Source: Terriglobia bacterium
GTDB lineage: Bacteria; Acidobacteriota; Terriglobia; Acidiferrales; UBA7541
Direction of reading: 5' to 3'
Length of the DNA: 64,000 nucleotides
Assembly: GCA_963695545.1 (NCBI GenBank)
Contig: OY968796.1
Location: 3,776,001 to 3,840,000, forward strand
Shown: one piece after another, positions 51,764-62,257 of the stretch
Layout: every line of letters begins with the position of its first letter
Numbering within the stretch: the stretch's first letter is position 1
Made by a program: the position numbers and the translations under genes
Notes under the pieces: generated by a model
Told to the model about the DNA's origin: nothing
Database searches by the model: none
Seen by the model: the letters and a program-made list of their open reading frames with translations, nothing else

Positions 51764-52909
51764 ATGGCACTAAGCATTGACGACCTCCTGCGCCGCGCCG
51801 TCGAAAGCAAAGCTTCCGATTTGCATCTAAAAGTCGGCAACCACCCCTACTTGCGCGTGGATGGAGAGCTCAACGCACTGGCCGACGTGCCGCGCGTCAC
51901 CCCGGAAGAAATGCTGTCCATGGCCTTCTCGATGATGACCAACCGGCAGAAGCAAAAATTCAAAGAAACCGCGGAACTCGATATGGCCTACGGCGTCGCC
52001 GGCCTGGGCCGCTTCCGCGTGAACGTTTTTCAGCAGCGCGGCAACGTCGGCATGGTGCTGCGCGTCATTCCCACGAAAATTCGCACCGTCGAAGAACTCG
52101 AACTGCCGCGCATCCTCGAAAAAATTTGCGAAGAGCGCCGCGGCCTGGTGATCGTCACCGGCACCACCGGCTCGGGCAAATCCACCAGCCTCGCGGCCAT
52201 GATCGACCGCATCAATTCCACGCGCCCGGATCACGTCATCACCATCGAAGACCCCATCGAATTCCTGCATCGCGATAAGCACAGCTTCATCAATCAGCGC
52301 GAAGTCGAAGTCGACACCGCGAATTTCTCAACCGCGCTGCGCGCCGCGTTACGCCAGGACCCTGACGTGATTCTGGTCGGCGAAATGCGCGATCTTGAAA
52401 CCATCGCCACCGCGTTGCTCGCCGCCGAAACCGGCCACTTGGTTTTCTCCACTTTGCACACTCTCGATGCCACGGAAACCATTCAGCGCATCATCGCCGT
52501 GTTTCCGCCGCCCGAGCAAAAACAGATTCGTTTGCAAATGGCCGCCACGCTCAAGGCCGTCGTCAGCCAGCGCCTCGTTCGTCGCGCCGACGACAAGGGC
52601 CGCGTCCCCGCCGTCGAAGTGATGATCGCCACCGCCTACATCCGCGATTGCATCATCAATCCCGATAAAACGCGCCTGATCCACGACGCCATCGCCGCCG
52701 GCACCAGCCAGTACGGCATGCAAACATTCGATCAATCGCTCTACGATCTCTACACGCGCCAACTCATCTCTTACGAAGAAGCCCTGCTGCGCGCCTCCAA
52801 CCCCGACGACTTCAAGCTCCGCGTCCAGGGCGTGCGCTCCGCCGCCGACGCCGCGCGCGAAGAAATGGAACGCGCCATGACCGAATTCGAGCGCTTCGGC
52901 CGGCGCTAA
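51764..52909 (+). CDS. pilT: Type IV pilus retraction ATPase
   Basis: ASDLHL, GTTGSGKST, TIEDPIE, ALRQDPDVILVGEMRD, GMQTFDQ. Confidence 0.93.
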   Translation: MALSIDDLLRRAVESKASDLHLKVGNHPYLRVDGELNALADVPRVTPEEMLSMAFSMMTNRQKQKFKETAELDMAYGVAGLGRFRVNVFQQRGNVGMVLRVIPTKIRTVEELELPRILEKICEERRGLVIVTGTTGSGKSTSLAAMIDRINSTRPDHVITIEDPIEFLHRDKHSFINQREVEVDTANFSTALRAALRQDPDVILVGEMRDLETIATALLAAETGHLVFSTLHTLDATETIQRIIAVFPPPEQKQIRLQMAATLKAVVSQRLVRRADDKGRVPAVEVMIATAYIRDCIINPDKTRLIHDAIAAGTSQYGMQTFDQSLYDLYTRQLISYEEALLRASNPDDFKLRVQGVRSAADAAREEMERAMTEFERFGRR

Positions 52910-53073
52910 GCGTAACGTTCTCCGTTCCCTCCGCTGCCAACCCGCTTGTCGCTGGCTCGTGCAGGACCGCAATCATCTGCGTCAGCTGCAAACGCGAACT
53001 ACCATTCCGCCGCAACCCCTGTTACCATCGCGCGAAAACTCAGCGCCCAATCGGAATCAATCGAGGATCCACG

Positions 53074-53781
53074 CTGCCGACCCAACGTTCTGGCTTCTTG
53101 GATAAATATTTCTACTTCCTCATGACGCTGCTGATCACGGCGGTCGTGATCTACGGCTTCAGCCACACCATCGTCCAGAACCTCATCCATCCCGCCGTGC
53201 CCCGGCCTCGCATCCTTTACTTTCATGCGGCCGTCTTCTCTTCGTGGCTGGTCTTTTTCATTTTCCAATCCGTGCTGATCCGCACGCACAACGTGCCGTT
53301 GCATCGCCTGACAGGCTGGTTCGGCGTCGCGCTCGGCGCCATCATGCCTCCGCTCGGCATCGCCACCGCCATCGTCATGGCGCGATTCGACACTCTTCAG
53401 CTTCATCAGACCGACGCCGCGGCGTTCCTCATCATTCCGTTCTTTGACATCGTCGCCTTCACCGTCCCCTTTGCGCTCGCGATTTATTGGCGAAAACGGC
53501 CGGAGTTCCATCGCCGCCTGATCCTGATCGCAACCTGTGCGCTTACCGCCGCGGCCTTTGGCCGTTTCCCCCCTGAGATCCTGCCGCCCAGCCTGTTCTA
53601 TGCCGGCGTGGACATTCTAATTCTGCTCGGCGTCGCGCACGATCTAATCTTTAGCCGCCGCGTCCATCGAGTCTACCATTACGCTCTTCCCTTTTTTATC
53701 ATCGGCCAGACGATCGCCACCTACACCTATATTCACGCGTCTCCGTATTGGACGAAGATCGCTAACGCGATCCTGTTCTAG
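53074..53781 (+). CDS. Hypothetical integral membrane protein (start CTG 53074 or TTG 53098)
   Basis: About seven hydrophobic segments with His motifs (LHR..G, PEFHRRL). Confidence 0.75.
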   Translation: MPTQRSGFLDKYFYFLMTLLITAVVIYGFSHTIVQNLIHPAVPRPRILYFHAAVFSSWLVFFIFQSVLIRTHNVPLHRLTGWFGVALGAIMPPLGIATAIVMARFDTLQLHQTDAAAFLIIPFFDIVAFTVPFALAIYWRKRPEFHRRLILIATCALTAAAFGRFPPEILPPSLFYAGVDILILLGVAHDLIFSRRVHRVYHYALPFFIIGQTIATYTYIHASPYWTKIANAILF

Positions 53782-53837
53782 GCCAACTTCCCCTCTTTCT
53801 TGATTCTGCCTCGCCCCGCACCTATGCTTCTGTTGCG

Positions 53838-54392
53838 ATGCCCCGCGGACCCCGCAAACACGAATCCGATGAAGGGCTGTACGCCGCCGCGATGCGCGCG
53901 CTGATGCGCCGCGCCTATTCCGTCTTCGAGATGCGCAGATATCTCGAGCAGCGCGCCGCCGACGCCGAAGCCGCGCCGCGCGTTCTCGCGCTTCTGCGCG
54001 AACGCCGCTACCTGGATGATGGGGTTTATGCGCGTCAGTTCGCGGCGCATCGCACGCGCGTGCGCCGCCAAGGCACATACCGCATCGCGCGCGAACTCCG
54101 CGCCCGCGGCGTCCCGGACAAATTTATTGAGGAAGCGCTGGCAGAAATCGGCGGAACAACCGACGAAGCCGCCGTCGTCCGCCAAACCATTGCACGAAAA
54201 ATGAAAACCCTGCGCGGACCGCTCGATCAGCGCCGCCTGGCCTCACTCCAGCGCAGCCTGCTCCGCGCCGGATTTTCAGGCGACACGATTCGAACCGAAC
54301 TCCGCGCCCTCACGCGCAGCGCCAAAGCCGCCGCAGGTGTCGCGGACACCGCCGCCGCGCTGCTCGATGATCCGATTCCGCCAGAAGAATGA
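53838..54392 (+). CDS. recX: Regulatory protein RecX
   Basis: A.RAL.RRAYS..E, YLDD..YA, RIARELRARGV, LLRAGF. Confidence 0.85.
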   Translation: MPRGPRKHESDEGLYAAAMRALMRRAYSVFEMRRYLEQRAADAEAAPRVLALLRERRYLDDGVYARQFAAHRTRVRRQGTYRIARELRARGVPDKFIEEALAEIGGTTDEAAVVRQTIARKMKTLRGPLDQRRLASLQRSLLRAGFSGDTIRTELRALTRSAKAAAGVADTAAALLDDPIPPEE

Positions 54393-54469
54393 CACCGGGC
54401 TGCGCGGAGCGCATCGCTTCGCCCATCCCTGTCTGAACCGTCGCCGAAAAACGGCACCCAACGAACGGT

Positions 54470-54784
54470 TTATTTCTCTGGCTTCTTGTCCGACTCGTCG
54501 CCTCTATAGATTTTGCGGGTCTTATCGTCCGGGACGGAGTAATCCGCGCCCCAGTTGATCCCTGTGCTCTCAGAATCGTGCGTTCCGGTATTCATACCTT
54601 GGTTTAAGTCCTGTTGCTCAATCAACTGCGTTTCGCGGCTGCTATCCAGGTCTTGCGTAACGTCGTTGTTCAGATCCTCGACAGTCTGCTTTTCGAGTTG
54701 TTCGCTTGCGCTGGCCTCTTCTTGTTTCTTGTCTTTCGGGTCCAAGTCGCCGGATTTGGATTTCTGTGTTCCTGCGTCAGCCAT
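54470..54784 (-). CDS. Small acidic hydrophilic hypothetical protein
   Basis: AAGGGGG RBS, 104-aa D/E/Q/K-rich ORF. Confidence 0.6.
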   Translation of the reverse strand: MADAGTQKSKSGDLDPKDKKQEEASASEQLEKQTVEDLNNDVTQDLDSSRETQLIEQQDLNQGMNTGTHDSESTGINWGADYSVPDDKTRKIYRGDESDKKPEK

Positions 54785-55041
54785 GTCCGCCCCCTTAAAA
54801 TTTTGTAAATTCGCTCGCCAATGACAACGGAATCAAGCCCATTCTACGCCCAAACCCAAGTCCCAGATGGCCCCTCCTTAAGAAGCTCCGCTTTGTATCA
54901 GATTCTGGCTGCCCCTCGAGAGTTACGGCATCTTTACTGCGACGGGAGAAATAAGTCTGTTCAATACCGCGCATGAATCCCGCCGCGGCCGCGCTCAAGG
55001 CCGCGTTGCGACCCCGGAAAGCGTCTGCGATAATGCGGCGC

Positions 55042-57762
55042 ATGTTGACCGGCAACGAAATCCGCCGCAAATTCCTGGATTATTTCGTCGCGCAAGGCCA
55101 TCGCGAAGTGCGCAGCTCCTCGCTCGTGCCCGCGAACGATCCGACGCTGCTCTTCACCAACGCGGGAATGAACCAGTTCAAGGACGTTTTCCTCGGCCTC
55201 GAGCAGCGCGATTACAAGCGCGCCACCAGCTCCCAGAAATGCGTGCGCGCCGGCGGAAAACACAACGACCTCGAAAACGTCGGCTTCACGCGCCGCCATC
55301 TCACATTCTTCGAGATGCTCGGGAACTTCAGCTTCGGTGACTACTTCAAACGCGACGCTATCGCGTTCGCCTGGGAATTAGTCACCAGCCCGAATTGGTT
55401 TGGCCTTCCGAAAGATCAGTTGTACGTCACGATTTTTAAAGGCGCAGATGGCATTCCTCGCGACGATGACGCCGAAAAATATTGGCTTGATGTCGGCGTA
55501 CCCAAGAATCGAATCATCGAACTTGGAATGAAAGAGAATTTCTGGCAGATGGGTGAAACCGGGCCCTGCGGGCCGTCTTCGGAGATGATTTACGAACGCG
55601 CGGGCGTCAAGGCAGAAGACGATAGTCTCCCGATCGGCGAAGACGACGCTCGCTTCGTGGAAATATGGAACCTGGTTTTCATGCAGTTCAATCGATCTGC
55701 CGTGGTGGACCCCGCAGGCAAGACCGCTGGCCACAAGCTCGATCCTTTGCCCAAGCCATCCATCGACACCGGGATGGGATTAGAGCGCATCACCTCGGTA
55801 TTGCAAAATAAGAGTTGGATCTACGAAACCGACTTATTCACGCCGCTCATCAAGAGAGCGGCCGAACTCGCAAACACGCCAAACGATGCCGCCAACCCGA
55901 GCCTTCGCATCGTGGCCGACCATTCGCGCGCTGCAACCTTTCTGATTTCCGATGGCGTCGTTCCCTCGAACGACGGCCGCGGCTACGTCCTGCGCAAAAT
56001 TATTCGCCGCGCGCTGCGTCATGGCAAATTGCTTGGTGCGCCCTCGCCGCTCCTCGCGCCGCTCTCCGATAGCGTGCGCGAATTGATGCGCGACGCTTAC
56101 CCCGAGCTGGATGATTCCGCCGCGCGTATTCGCCAAATTCTTGACGCCGAGGAATCGCGCTTCGGCCGCACCCTCGATATCGGCCTCAAAAAGCTCGAAG
56201 ACGACCTCGCGGCGCTCCCTGAAGCGGAATCGCTCGAGAGGCCCGCAGTGTATTCGGGAGCCAGCGCATTTCGCTTGTACGACACCTACGGCTTGCCGCT
56301 CGACTTCATCAAGGACGTTCTCCGCGATCAGGCCGTGGCCTTTGACGAAGCCGGCTTCGACACCGCTATGCACGAACAACGCACGCGCGCTCGCGCCTCA
56401 TGGAAGGGCGGCCACAAGGACGTAGCCAAACCCGCCTACGCCAAGCTCGCGGAAACATTTCGTACGGAGCCGGATTTTTATTTCGGCACGCAGTCCAAAG
56501 ACAGCCAGATCGAAGCCATCCTCACCGCCGAAGGCGAAGTCGACAAAATTCCCGCCGGCGCCGAAGCCGAAGTCGTGCTCGACCGCACGGTTTTTTTCGC
56601 GGAATCCGGCGGCCAAGTCGCGGACATCGGCGCGCTCTGGAGCAACGATCTCTCCACACAACTAGCCGAAGTGCGCGGCGCGTATTACCCGCTGGCAGGA
56701 CTTGTCGCGCACCGCATCGTCGCGAAAAATCCGCTGCGCACCGGCGAACGCGTCGCCAGCATCGCCGACGCCGAGCGCCGCGAACACATAAAACGCAATC
56801 ACACCGCAACGCACCTGATGCACGCCGCGCTGCGCAACATTCTCGGCACGCACGTGAAACAAGCGGGCTCGCTTGTCGAACCCGGCCGTCTGCGTTTCGA
56901 TTTCTCCCATTTCGCCGCCGTGGATCGCGCCGAGCTCCGCGACATCGAAGAGCAAGTCAACGAACAAATCCGCAACAACGCGGAAATTCTAACCGACGTC
57001 AACACCCTGGACGACGCTCTGGCCTCCGGCGCTCTCGCGTTTTTCGGCGATCGCTATCCCGAACAAAATGTCCGCGTGGTCACCATTCCCGACCCCGCAT
57101 CGCCGCGCGGTTTTTACAGCAAGGAACTCTGCGGCGGCACGCACGTGCGCCGCTCCGGCGAAATCGGCGCGTTCAAAATCGTCGTCGAACAAGCTTCCTC
57201 CGCCGGCGTGCGCCGCATCGAAGCGCTCACCGGCACAGCCGCGCTCGCCGATTATCAACACGCGCGCGAAACCTTGTCCGCGCTCGCCGCCCGTCTCGGC
57301 GCCTCCGAAGAGAATCTTCTCGCCGCCGCCGAACGCGCCGAAGAATCCCGTCGCCAACTCGAAAAGCAACTCGAAGCCCTCAAGCGCGCTCAAGCGCTCA
57401 GCAACGTAGACGCCCTGCTCGCCCAGGCGCAAACCGTCAAAGGCGTCAAGGTGGTCTCCGCCGAAATGGACGGTGCGGACCGCGAAACGCTCCGCGCCGT
57501 GGCCGACCGCTTGCGCCAAAAGTTAGGCTCCGGAGTGGTCGTGCTCGGCGCAATCGATGAAGGCAAAGTGGCGCTTTTGGTCGCCGTCACGAAGGACCTG
57601 ACCACCAAGGTTCACGCCGGCAAGGTCGTCCAGGATCTCGCCAAGCAAGTAGGCGGCAGCGGCGGTGGCAGACCCGATTTGGCAGAGGCTGGCGGAAAAG
57701 ACACATCGGCACTCAAAAAGGTACTTCAGTACGCCCCTACCCTGATAGACCGAATGCTATAA
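55042..57762 (+). CDS. alaS: Alanine--tRNA ligase
   Basis: DPTLLFTNAGM, FFEMLGNFSFGDYFK, DTGMGLER, HTATHL, ELCGGTH, GGGRP. Confidence 0.98.
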   Translation: MLTGNEIRRKFLDYFVAQGHREVRSSSLVPANDPTLLFTNAGMNQFKDVFLGLEQRDYKRATSSQKCVRAGGKHNDLENVGFTRRHLTFFEMLGNFSFGDYFKRDAIAFAWELVTSPNWFGLPKDQLYVTIFKGADGIPRDDDAEKYWLDVGVPKNRIIELGMKENFWQMGETGPCGPSSEMIYERAGVKAEDDSLPIGEDDARFVEIWNLVFMQFNRSAVVDPAGKTAGHKLDPLPKPSIDTGMGLERITSVLQNKSWIYETDLFTPLIKRAAELANTPNDAANPSLRIVADHSRAATFLISDGVVPSNDGRGYVLRKIIRRALRHGKLLGAPSPLLAPLSDSVRELMRDAYPELDDSAARIRQILDAEESRFGRTLDIGLKKLEDDLAALPEAESLERPAVYSGASAFRLYDTYGLPLDFIKDVLRDQAVAFDEAGFDTAMHEQRTRARASWKGGHKDVAKPAYAKLAETFRTEPDFYFGTQSKDSQIEAILTAEGEVDKIPAGAEAEVVLDRTVFFAESGGQVADIGALWSNDLSTQLAEVRGAYYPLAGLVAHRIVAKNPLRTGERVASIADAERREHIKRNHTATHLMHAALRNILGTHVKQAGSLVEPGRLRFDFSHFAAVDRAELRDIEEQVNEQIRNNAEILTDVNTLDDALASGALAFFGDRYPEQNVRVVTIPDPASPRGFYSKELCGGTHVRRSGEIGAFKIVVEQASSAGVRRIEALTGTAALADYQHARETLSALAARLGASEENLLAAAERAEESRRQLEKQLEALKRAQALSNVDALLAQAQTVKGVKVVSAEMDGADRETLRAVADRLRQKLGSGVVVLGAIDEGKVALLVAVTKDLTTKVHAGKVVQDLAKQVGGSGGGRPDLAEAGGKDTSALKKVLQYAPTLIDRML

Positions 57763-57763
57763 T
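57755..57763 (+). promoter_or_regulatory. Extended -10 promoter for the slt-amidase cluster, overlapping the alaS stop codon
   Basis: TG-C-TATAAT exact consensus. Confidence 0.55.
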
Positions 57764-57852
57764 TTTGGAAGCGTCAGAATCGCGGCCTGCGGGGTAGCTA
57801 ACCCGCAGAGGATACAGCGCCTTATCGACCTGAGGCCTGCCAACACCCAGCC

Positions 57853-58656
57853 ATGACCTCGCGCATCGCCATCTTCGCTGCCATCTTATTGACAACGCTA
57901 GGGTTGTCCGCGCCGCGAGCGCACGCCCAGATCGCCTTTTACACCGATTCAAATGGGCAGCGTGTCTATATCAACGCCAATCCGCCGGCCGCCCCCAAGC
58001 GCTCGGCAGCGGCCGCGCGCACCGAGGCTCAGCCAGCACCATCCGTCGCCGAGTCTACGACTTCCGCCGAACTATCTGTTCCGCCGCCCCCGTCATCGCC
58101 ATCCGTGTTAGGCGATAACACCGACTCTTCCGACGACGACTCGACGACGCAGGCATCGGCTCCTGAACCACCGACCGCCGAGAAACCCACGCTCGACCAA
58201 ATGGTGAACGAGGTGGCCACCCGCCACAACGTCGATCCCCAGCTCGTGCGCGCCGTGATCGGCGCGGAATCGAACTGGGACCCGCACGCGGTCTCGCGCA
58301 CCGGCGCGCAGGGCCTGATGCAACTCGTGCCCTCGACGGCCAGCCAGCTCGGCGTGCGCAACGCCTTCGATCCGCGTCAAAATGTAGAGGGCGGCGTGAG
58401 TTATCTAAAAAGTTTGCTCGTACGCTATGGAGGCGATCTGGATAAGGCCCTGGCGGCATATAATGCTGGACCAGGGGCCGTGGATCGCGCCGGCGGCGTG
58501 CCGCACATCGCCGAAACGCAACATTACGTGCAGCGCGTGACCGACACATATTACCGGCCCGGTTCGGATCGTTCTCCGCACGGCCCGATGCAAGAGTCGC
58601 ATCCGATTTATCGCACCACGGACGATTCGGGTCGCGTCGTATTTACGAACGAGTAG
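57853..58656 (+). CDS. Lytic transglycosylase (SLT domain)
   Basis: AES, AVS..GAQGLMQL, ALAAYNAG, ET..YV. Confidence 0.92.
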   Translation: MTSRIAIFAAILLTTLGLSAPRAHAQIAFYTDSNGQRVYINANPPAAPKRSAAAARTEAQPAPSVAESTTSAELSVPPPPSSPSVLGDNTDSSDDDSTTQASAPEPPTAEKPTLDQMVNEVATRHNVDPQLVRAVIGAESNWDPHAVSRTGAQGLMQLVPSTASQLGVRNAFDPRQNVEGGVSYLKSLLVRYGGDLDKALAAYNAGPGAVDRAGGVPHIAETQHYVQRVTDTYYRPGSDRSPHGPMQESHPIYRTTDDSGRVVFTNE

Positions 58657-58692
58657 TTTGTTGGGGGAGCGGCGATCGACCGCCGCAAGAAA

Positions 58693-60870
58693 ATGCGTGG
58701 CATTTCACATCTGGCTCTAGTGGGCTTGTGTGTCGCGTGCCTTGCCGTCGCGACGGTTAGAGCACAAGACACCGCGTCGGCGAAGCGCGACGCCGCCCAG
58801 CAACAATTCGATCGCGCCGAATCCCTGCGCACCGCGCTTGAATCGCAATCCGCCGAAAATCGCACCGAAAAATCTTATCTCGAAGTGGTGCAGGCCTATC
58901 GCCGCGTCTACTACATCACCGCACACGCACAGGAAGTTCCCGCCGCGCTGTTCGCCGTCGGTTCGCTTTACCGCGCGATGGGCGATCGCTTCGATAAGAC
59001 GTATTATCAATCGGCCGTCGACGCCTACCAATTCTTGTTGCACGATTATCCGACCAACCGCTATCGCGAAGACGCCATGCTCGCCGTCGGTGAAATCGCG
59101 CGCGACGATTTGCACGACGCCGCGCTCGCCAGGAAAACCTACGAAGATTTTCTGACGCTGCATCCGCATTCCGATAGCGCCCCCGAAGCGCGCCAGGCGC
59201 TCGCCGCAATGGACGCGGAAGCGCAGAGCAATTCTTCCGCCGCTGCCTCCGCGACAACTCGCCCGACTCAGACGTCGCATCCCGCCGCGCAAAAGTCCTC
59301 GCCCGCCCCGGCCACGACAGCGAGCACGAGCGACAACGAAATCGAAACGCAGCCCAGTTCCGCGCCGTCTGCCGGCACAACCGCCGCATCCGACGGCGCG
59401 TCCGGCTCGGTCGCCGAAGTCACGCGCATCCAAACCTGGAACGCCGACACCTACACGCGAATCGTCATCGACGTCGGCGCGCCGGTGAAATATCAGTCCG
59501 CGCGCATTCCCGGTCCCGACCGAATTTATTTCGATCTCGACCACGCGCATCTCGATCCCTCGCTGCTCGACAAGGCCATCGACATCGGACCCGGCGGTTT
59601 TCTGAAGGGCGTGCGCGTTGCGCAGAATCAAGACAGCGTGGTTCGCGTAGTCCTCGAAGTGAATCAGGTTAAAAATTATTCCGTGTTTCTGCTCGATCAT
59701 CCGAGCCGCATCGTGGTGGATGTTTACGGAGCGTCGGACGCGCAATCCGCGAAAAATTCCGCGCCGCGTTCAGCTCCTGAGGCCCCGCCCGAGACGTCGC
59801 GCGAATCTTCCAGCCGATCGCCCGCGCGCCTCGGACCGTACGTCCTGGCTTCGCCCGATCTCGCCGCGCGAACAAACTCGAATCATTCAAGCCCCCGCAC
59901 CGCGCCGGCGTCTGAATCCGCATCCGACTCTCCGTCGGAATCCGCGGCGGTCTCCGCGACGTCACCTGCGGCGACATCCGCGGCGGTATCGCCCGCGACC
60001 ACAGCGATGCCGCAGCCCATCGCAAAATCCAGAAAACAAACCGTAGCCTCCATGCGCCCGCCCTCGATTCCGGAACCCATGCGCGATGGCCAAGCCTCGC
60101 TCACCCGCGTGCTCGGCCTAAAAGTCGGCCGAATCGTGATTGACGCCGGCCACGGCGGCCACGACACCGGCACGATCGGCCCCACCGGCCTGCTGGAAAA
60201 GGACTTATGCCTTGACGTGGCCCTCCGCCTCGGCGCGCTGATCAGCCAGCGCTTGCCCGGAGCCGAAGTGATCTACACGCGCGACGACGACACCTTCGTT
60301 CCGCTCGAGCAACGCACCGCCATCGCCACCGAGGCCAAGGCCGACCTGTTCATTTCCATCCACGCCAATTCCAGCCCCGACCCCAGCGCTCGCGGCATCG
60401 AAACTTATTATCTGAATTTCACGAATTCCCCCTCGGCTCTGCAGGTCGCCGCGCGCGAGAACGCCACATTCGATGGCGGCGTCCACGATCTCCAGGACAT
60501 GCTCCGAAAAATCGCGCAGAACGAAAAAATCGACGAATCGCGCGATCTCGCCGAAGACATTCAGGGCTCTCTCTCAAAGCGCATGGAGCTCGTGAATACC
60601 GCCGAAAAAGATCGCGGCGTGCGCACCGCGCCCTTCGTCGTGCTGATCGGCGCGAATATCCCGTCCGTGCTCGCGGAAATCGGATTCATCAGCAATCCCG
60701 CCGACGAAAAAATGATGAAGAAGCCCGACGCCCGCGAGCGCGTCGCCGAAGGCCTCTACCAAGGAATCGCCAGCTATCTCCAGAGCACCAACAGTCTCGC
60801 CGCCACTCAGGCGGAATCGGAATCCCCCAGCGCCCCGCTGCCACTGGCGCGCGCCGGCAACCGGCGCTAG
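58693..60870 (+). CDS. N-acetylmuramoyl-L-alanine amidase with TPR-like and AMIN domains
   Basis: IDAGHGGHDTG, EK, SIHAN, PSVLAEIGFISN; AMIN-like PDRIYFDL and PSRIVVD. Confidence 0.92.
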   Translation: MRGISHLALVGLCVACLAVATVRAQDTASAKRDAAQQQFDRAESLRTALESQSAENRTEKSYLEVVQAYRRVYYITAHAQEVPAALFAVGSLYRAMGDRFDKTYYQSAVDAYQFLLHDYPTNRYREDAMLAVGEIARDDLHDAALARKTYEDFLTLHPHSDSAPEARQALAAMDAEAQSNSSAAASATTRPTQTSHPAAQKSSPAPATTASTSDNEIETQPSSAPSAGTTAASDGASGSVAEVTRIQTWNADTYTRIVIDVGAPVKYQSARIPGPDRIYFDLDHAHLDPSLLDKAIDIGPGGFLKGVRVAQNQDSVVRVVLEVNQVKNYSVFLLDHPSRIVVDVYGASDAQSAKNSAPRSAPEAPPETSRESSSRSPARLGPYVLASPDLAARTNSNHSSPRTAPASESASDSPSESAAVSATSPAATSAAVSPATTAMPQPIAKSRKQTVASMRPPSIPEPMRDGQASLTRVLGLKVGRIVIDAGHGGHDTGTIGPTGLLEKDLCLDVALRLGALISQRLPGAEVIYTRDDDTFVPLEQRTAIATEAKADLFISIHANSSPDPSARGIETYYLNFTNSPSALQVAARENATFDGGVHDLQDMLRKIAQNEKIDESRDLAEDIQGSLSKRMELVNTAEKDRGVRTAPFVVLIGANIPSVLAEIGFISNPADEKMMKKPDARERVAEGLYQGIASYLQSTNSLAATQAESESPSAPLPLARAGNRR

Positions 60871-60898
60871 AATTCTTACGTATTACATAATGGAAGCC

Positions 60899-62014
60899 AT
60901 GCGAAAAACTTTCCACCTCATCGCGCTCGTGATCTTCTCCGTCGGCGTCGCGTCCTTATCCGCGCACGCGCAGGGATTGCTGCCCGATTCGTTCGGCGGC
61001 TGGAGCGCCTCCTCCGCCACGCAGCGCTTGGATGCGCCTGCCGTCGAGCAGTCCGCCGGCTCCGACGCCGCCGTGCTTCAGGAATATCGCACCGAAGGCG
61101 CCGCGCGGCGTTCCTACGCGCGCGCCGGCGATTCCGTCTCGATCACGCTCTACCATCTGGGCGATCCCAGCGCCGCATACGGCCTCTACACTTTTTTGCG
61201 CTCCGACGCGCTCGCGCCGATCGCAGTCGGCTCGTTCGCCTCCGCCTCGCCCACTCGCGCGCTGATCGTAATTGGAAATCTGCTCGTCGACGTCGCCGCG
61301 CCCAAGCAACGCCCCAGCGACGCCGACCTCAAAGCCTTGGCGCAATTCCTCGCGCCGCAAGCCGACACTGCCCCGTTCCCCACCATCGCGGAATCTCTTC
61401 CGCAGCCCGGCCTGCTGCCCGACACGCAGCACTATTTCGTCGGCCCGCAAGCCCTATCGCGCGTCGTGCCCCTCGGCACCGACGACTGGGCCGGCTTCGA
61501 CTACAGCGCCGAAGCTCTCTCCGCGCGCTACCGCATGAACGCGAAAGACGACGCCGTTCTCCTGCTCATCTCCTACCCCACGCAGCAGATCGCCGCGAAA
61601 GAATTTGATGGCATGATGCGCCGCTTCCCGATTGACCCGCCCGGCGGCGCGCTCCCCGGACAATCCATCCTCTACGGCAGACGCGTCGGTCCGCTCGTCG
61701 CTCTCGTTGTCGGCGCGCCCACACGCGTCGCCGCCAATTCGCTCCTCGATCAAATCCACAGCAACGACGTCGTCACCTGGAACGAACCGAAAACCTCATA
61801 TACCGATCCCAGCATCGGCAGCATCGTCGTTGAAGGCATTCTGGGCACGGGCGCAATCATGCTGCTCGCCATCGCCGCGGGAATCGGATTCGGCGGTCTG
61901 CGCGTCGTCGTCAAATATTTTCTTCCCGGAAAGGTTTTCGACCGCGAAAAGCAAATGGAAGTCCTGCAGCTCGGAATTTCCAGCAAACCCATTCGTGCCA
62001 AGGATTTCTACTGA
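60899..62014 (+). CDS. Secreted hypothetical protein with C-terminal membrane anchor
   Basis: Signal peptide AHA-Q, D..AAYGLYT motif, C-terminal TM segment. Confidence 0.78.
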   Translation: MRKTFHLIALVIFSVGVASLSAHAQGLLPDSFGGWSASSATQRLDAPAVEQSAGSDAAVLQEYRTEGAARRSYARAGDSVSITLYHLGDPSAAYGLYTFLRSDALAPIAVGSFASASPTRALIVIGNLLVDVAAPKQRPSDADLKALAQFLAPQADTAPFPTIAESLPQPGLLPDTQHYFVGPQALSRVVPLGTDDWAGFDYSAEALSARYRMNAKDDAVLLLISYPTQQIAAKEFDGMMRRFPIDPPGGALPGQSILYGRRVGPLVALVVGAPTRVAANSLLDQIHSNDVVTWNEPKTSYTDPSIGSIVVEGILGTGAIMLLAIAAGIGFGGLRVVVKYFLPGKVFDREKQMEVLQLGISSKPIRAKDFY

Positions 62015-62167
62015 AAGTCTCACGCAACTGTTGAAATCCGGTGCAAGATTTCACGTGCCAATTGAGGATTTTGGCTTAACACCCTGAAACCAAACAACTT
62101 CTACTTCTTTGATTTCAACAGCCTGCCCTCTTGACTTCCCGATTTGCGCTCTTTTATGCTCACGCCC

Positions 62168-62257
62168 GAGGATAAAGAGTTCTGGCGCCTTCCGCGCATA
62201 GGCCTGGGACTATTCTCCCCTCTGGAGAGCCCACCCCCCACCGGGTGGGCTTTCTAT
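62168..62257 (+). ncRNA. Candidate ~90-nt small RNA
   Basis: TTGACT-18-TATGCT promoter (62131-62160), 5' hairpin, 3' terminator-like hairpin, no downstream start codon with RBS. Confidence 0.5.
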
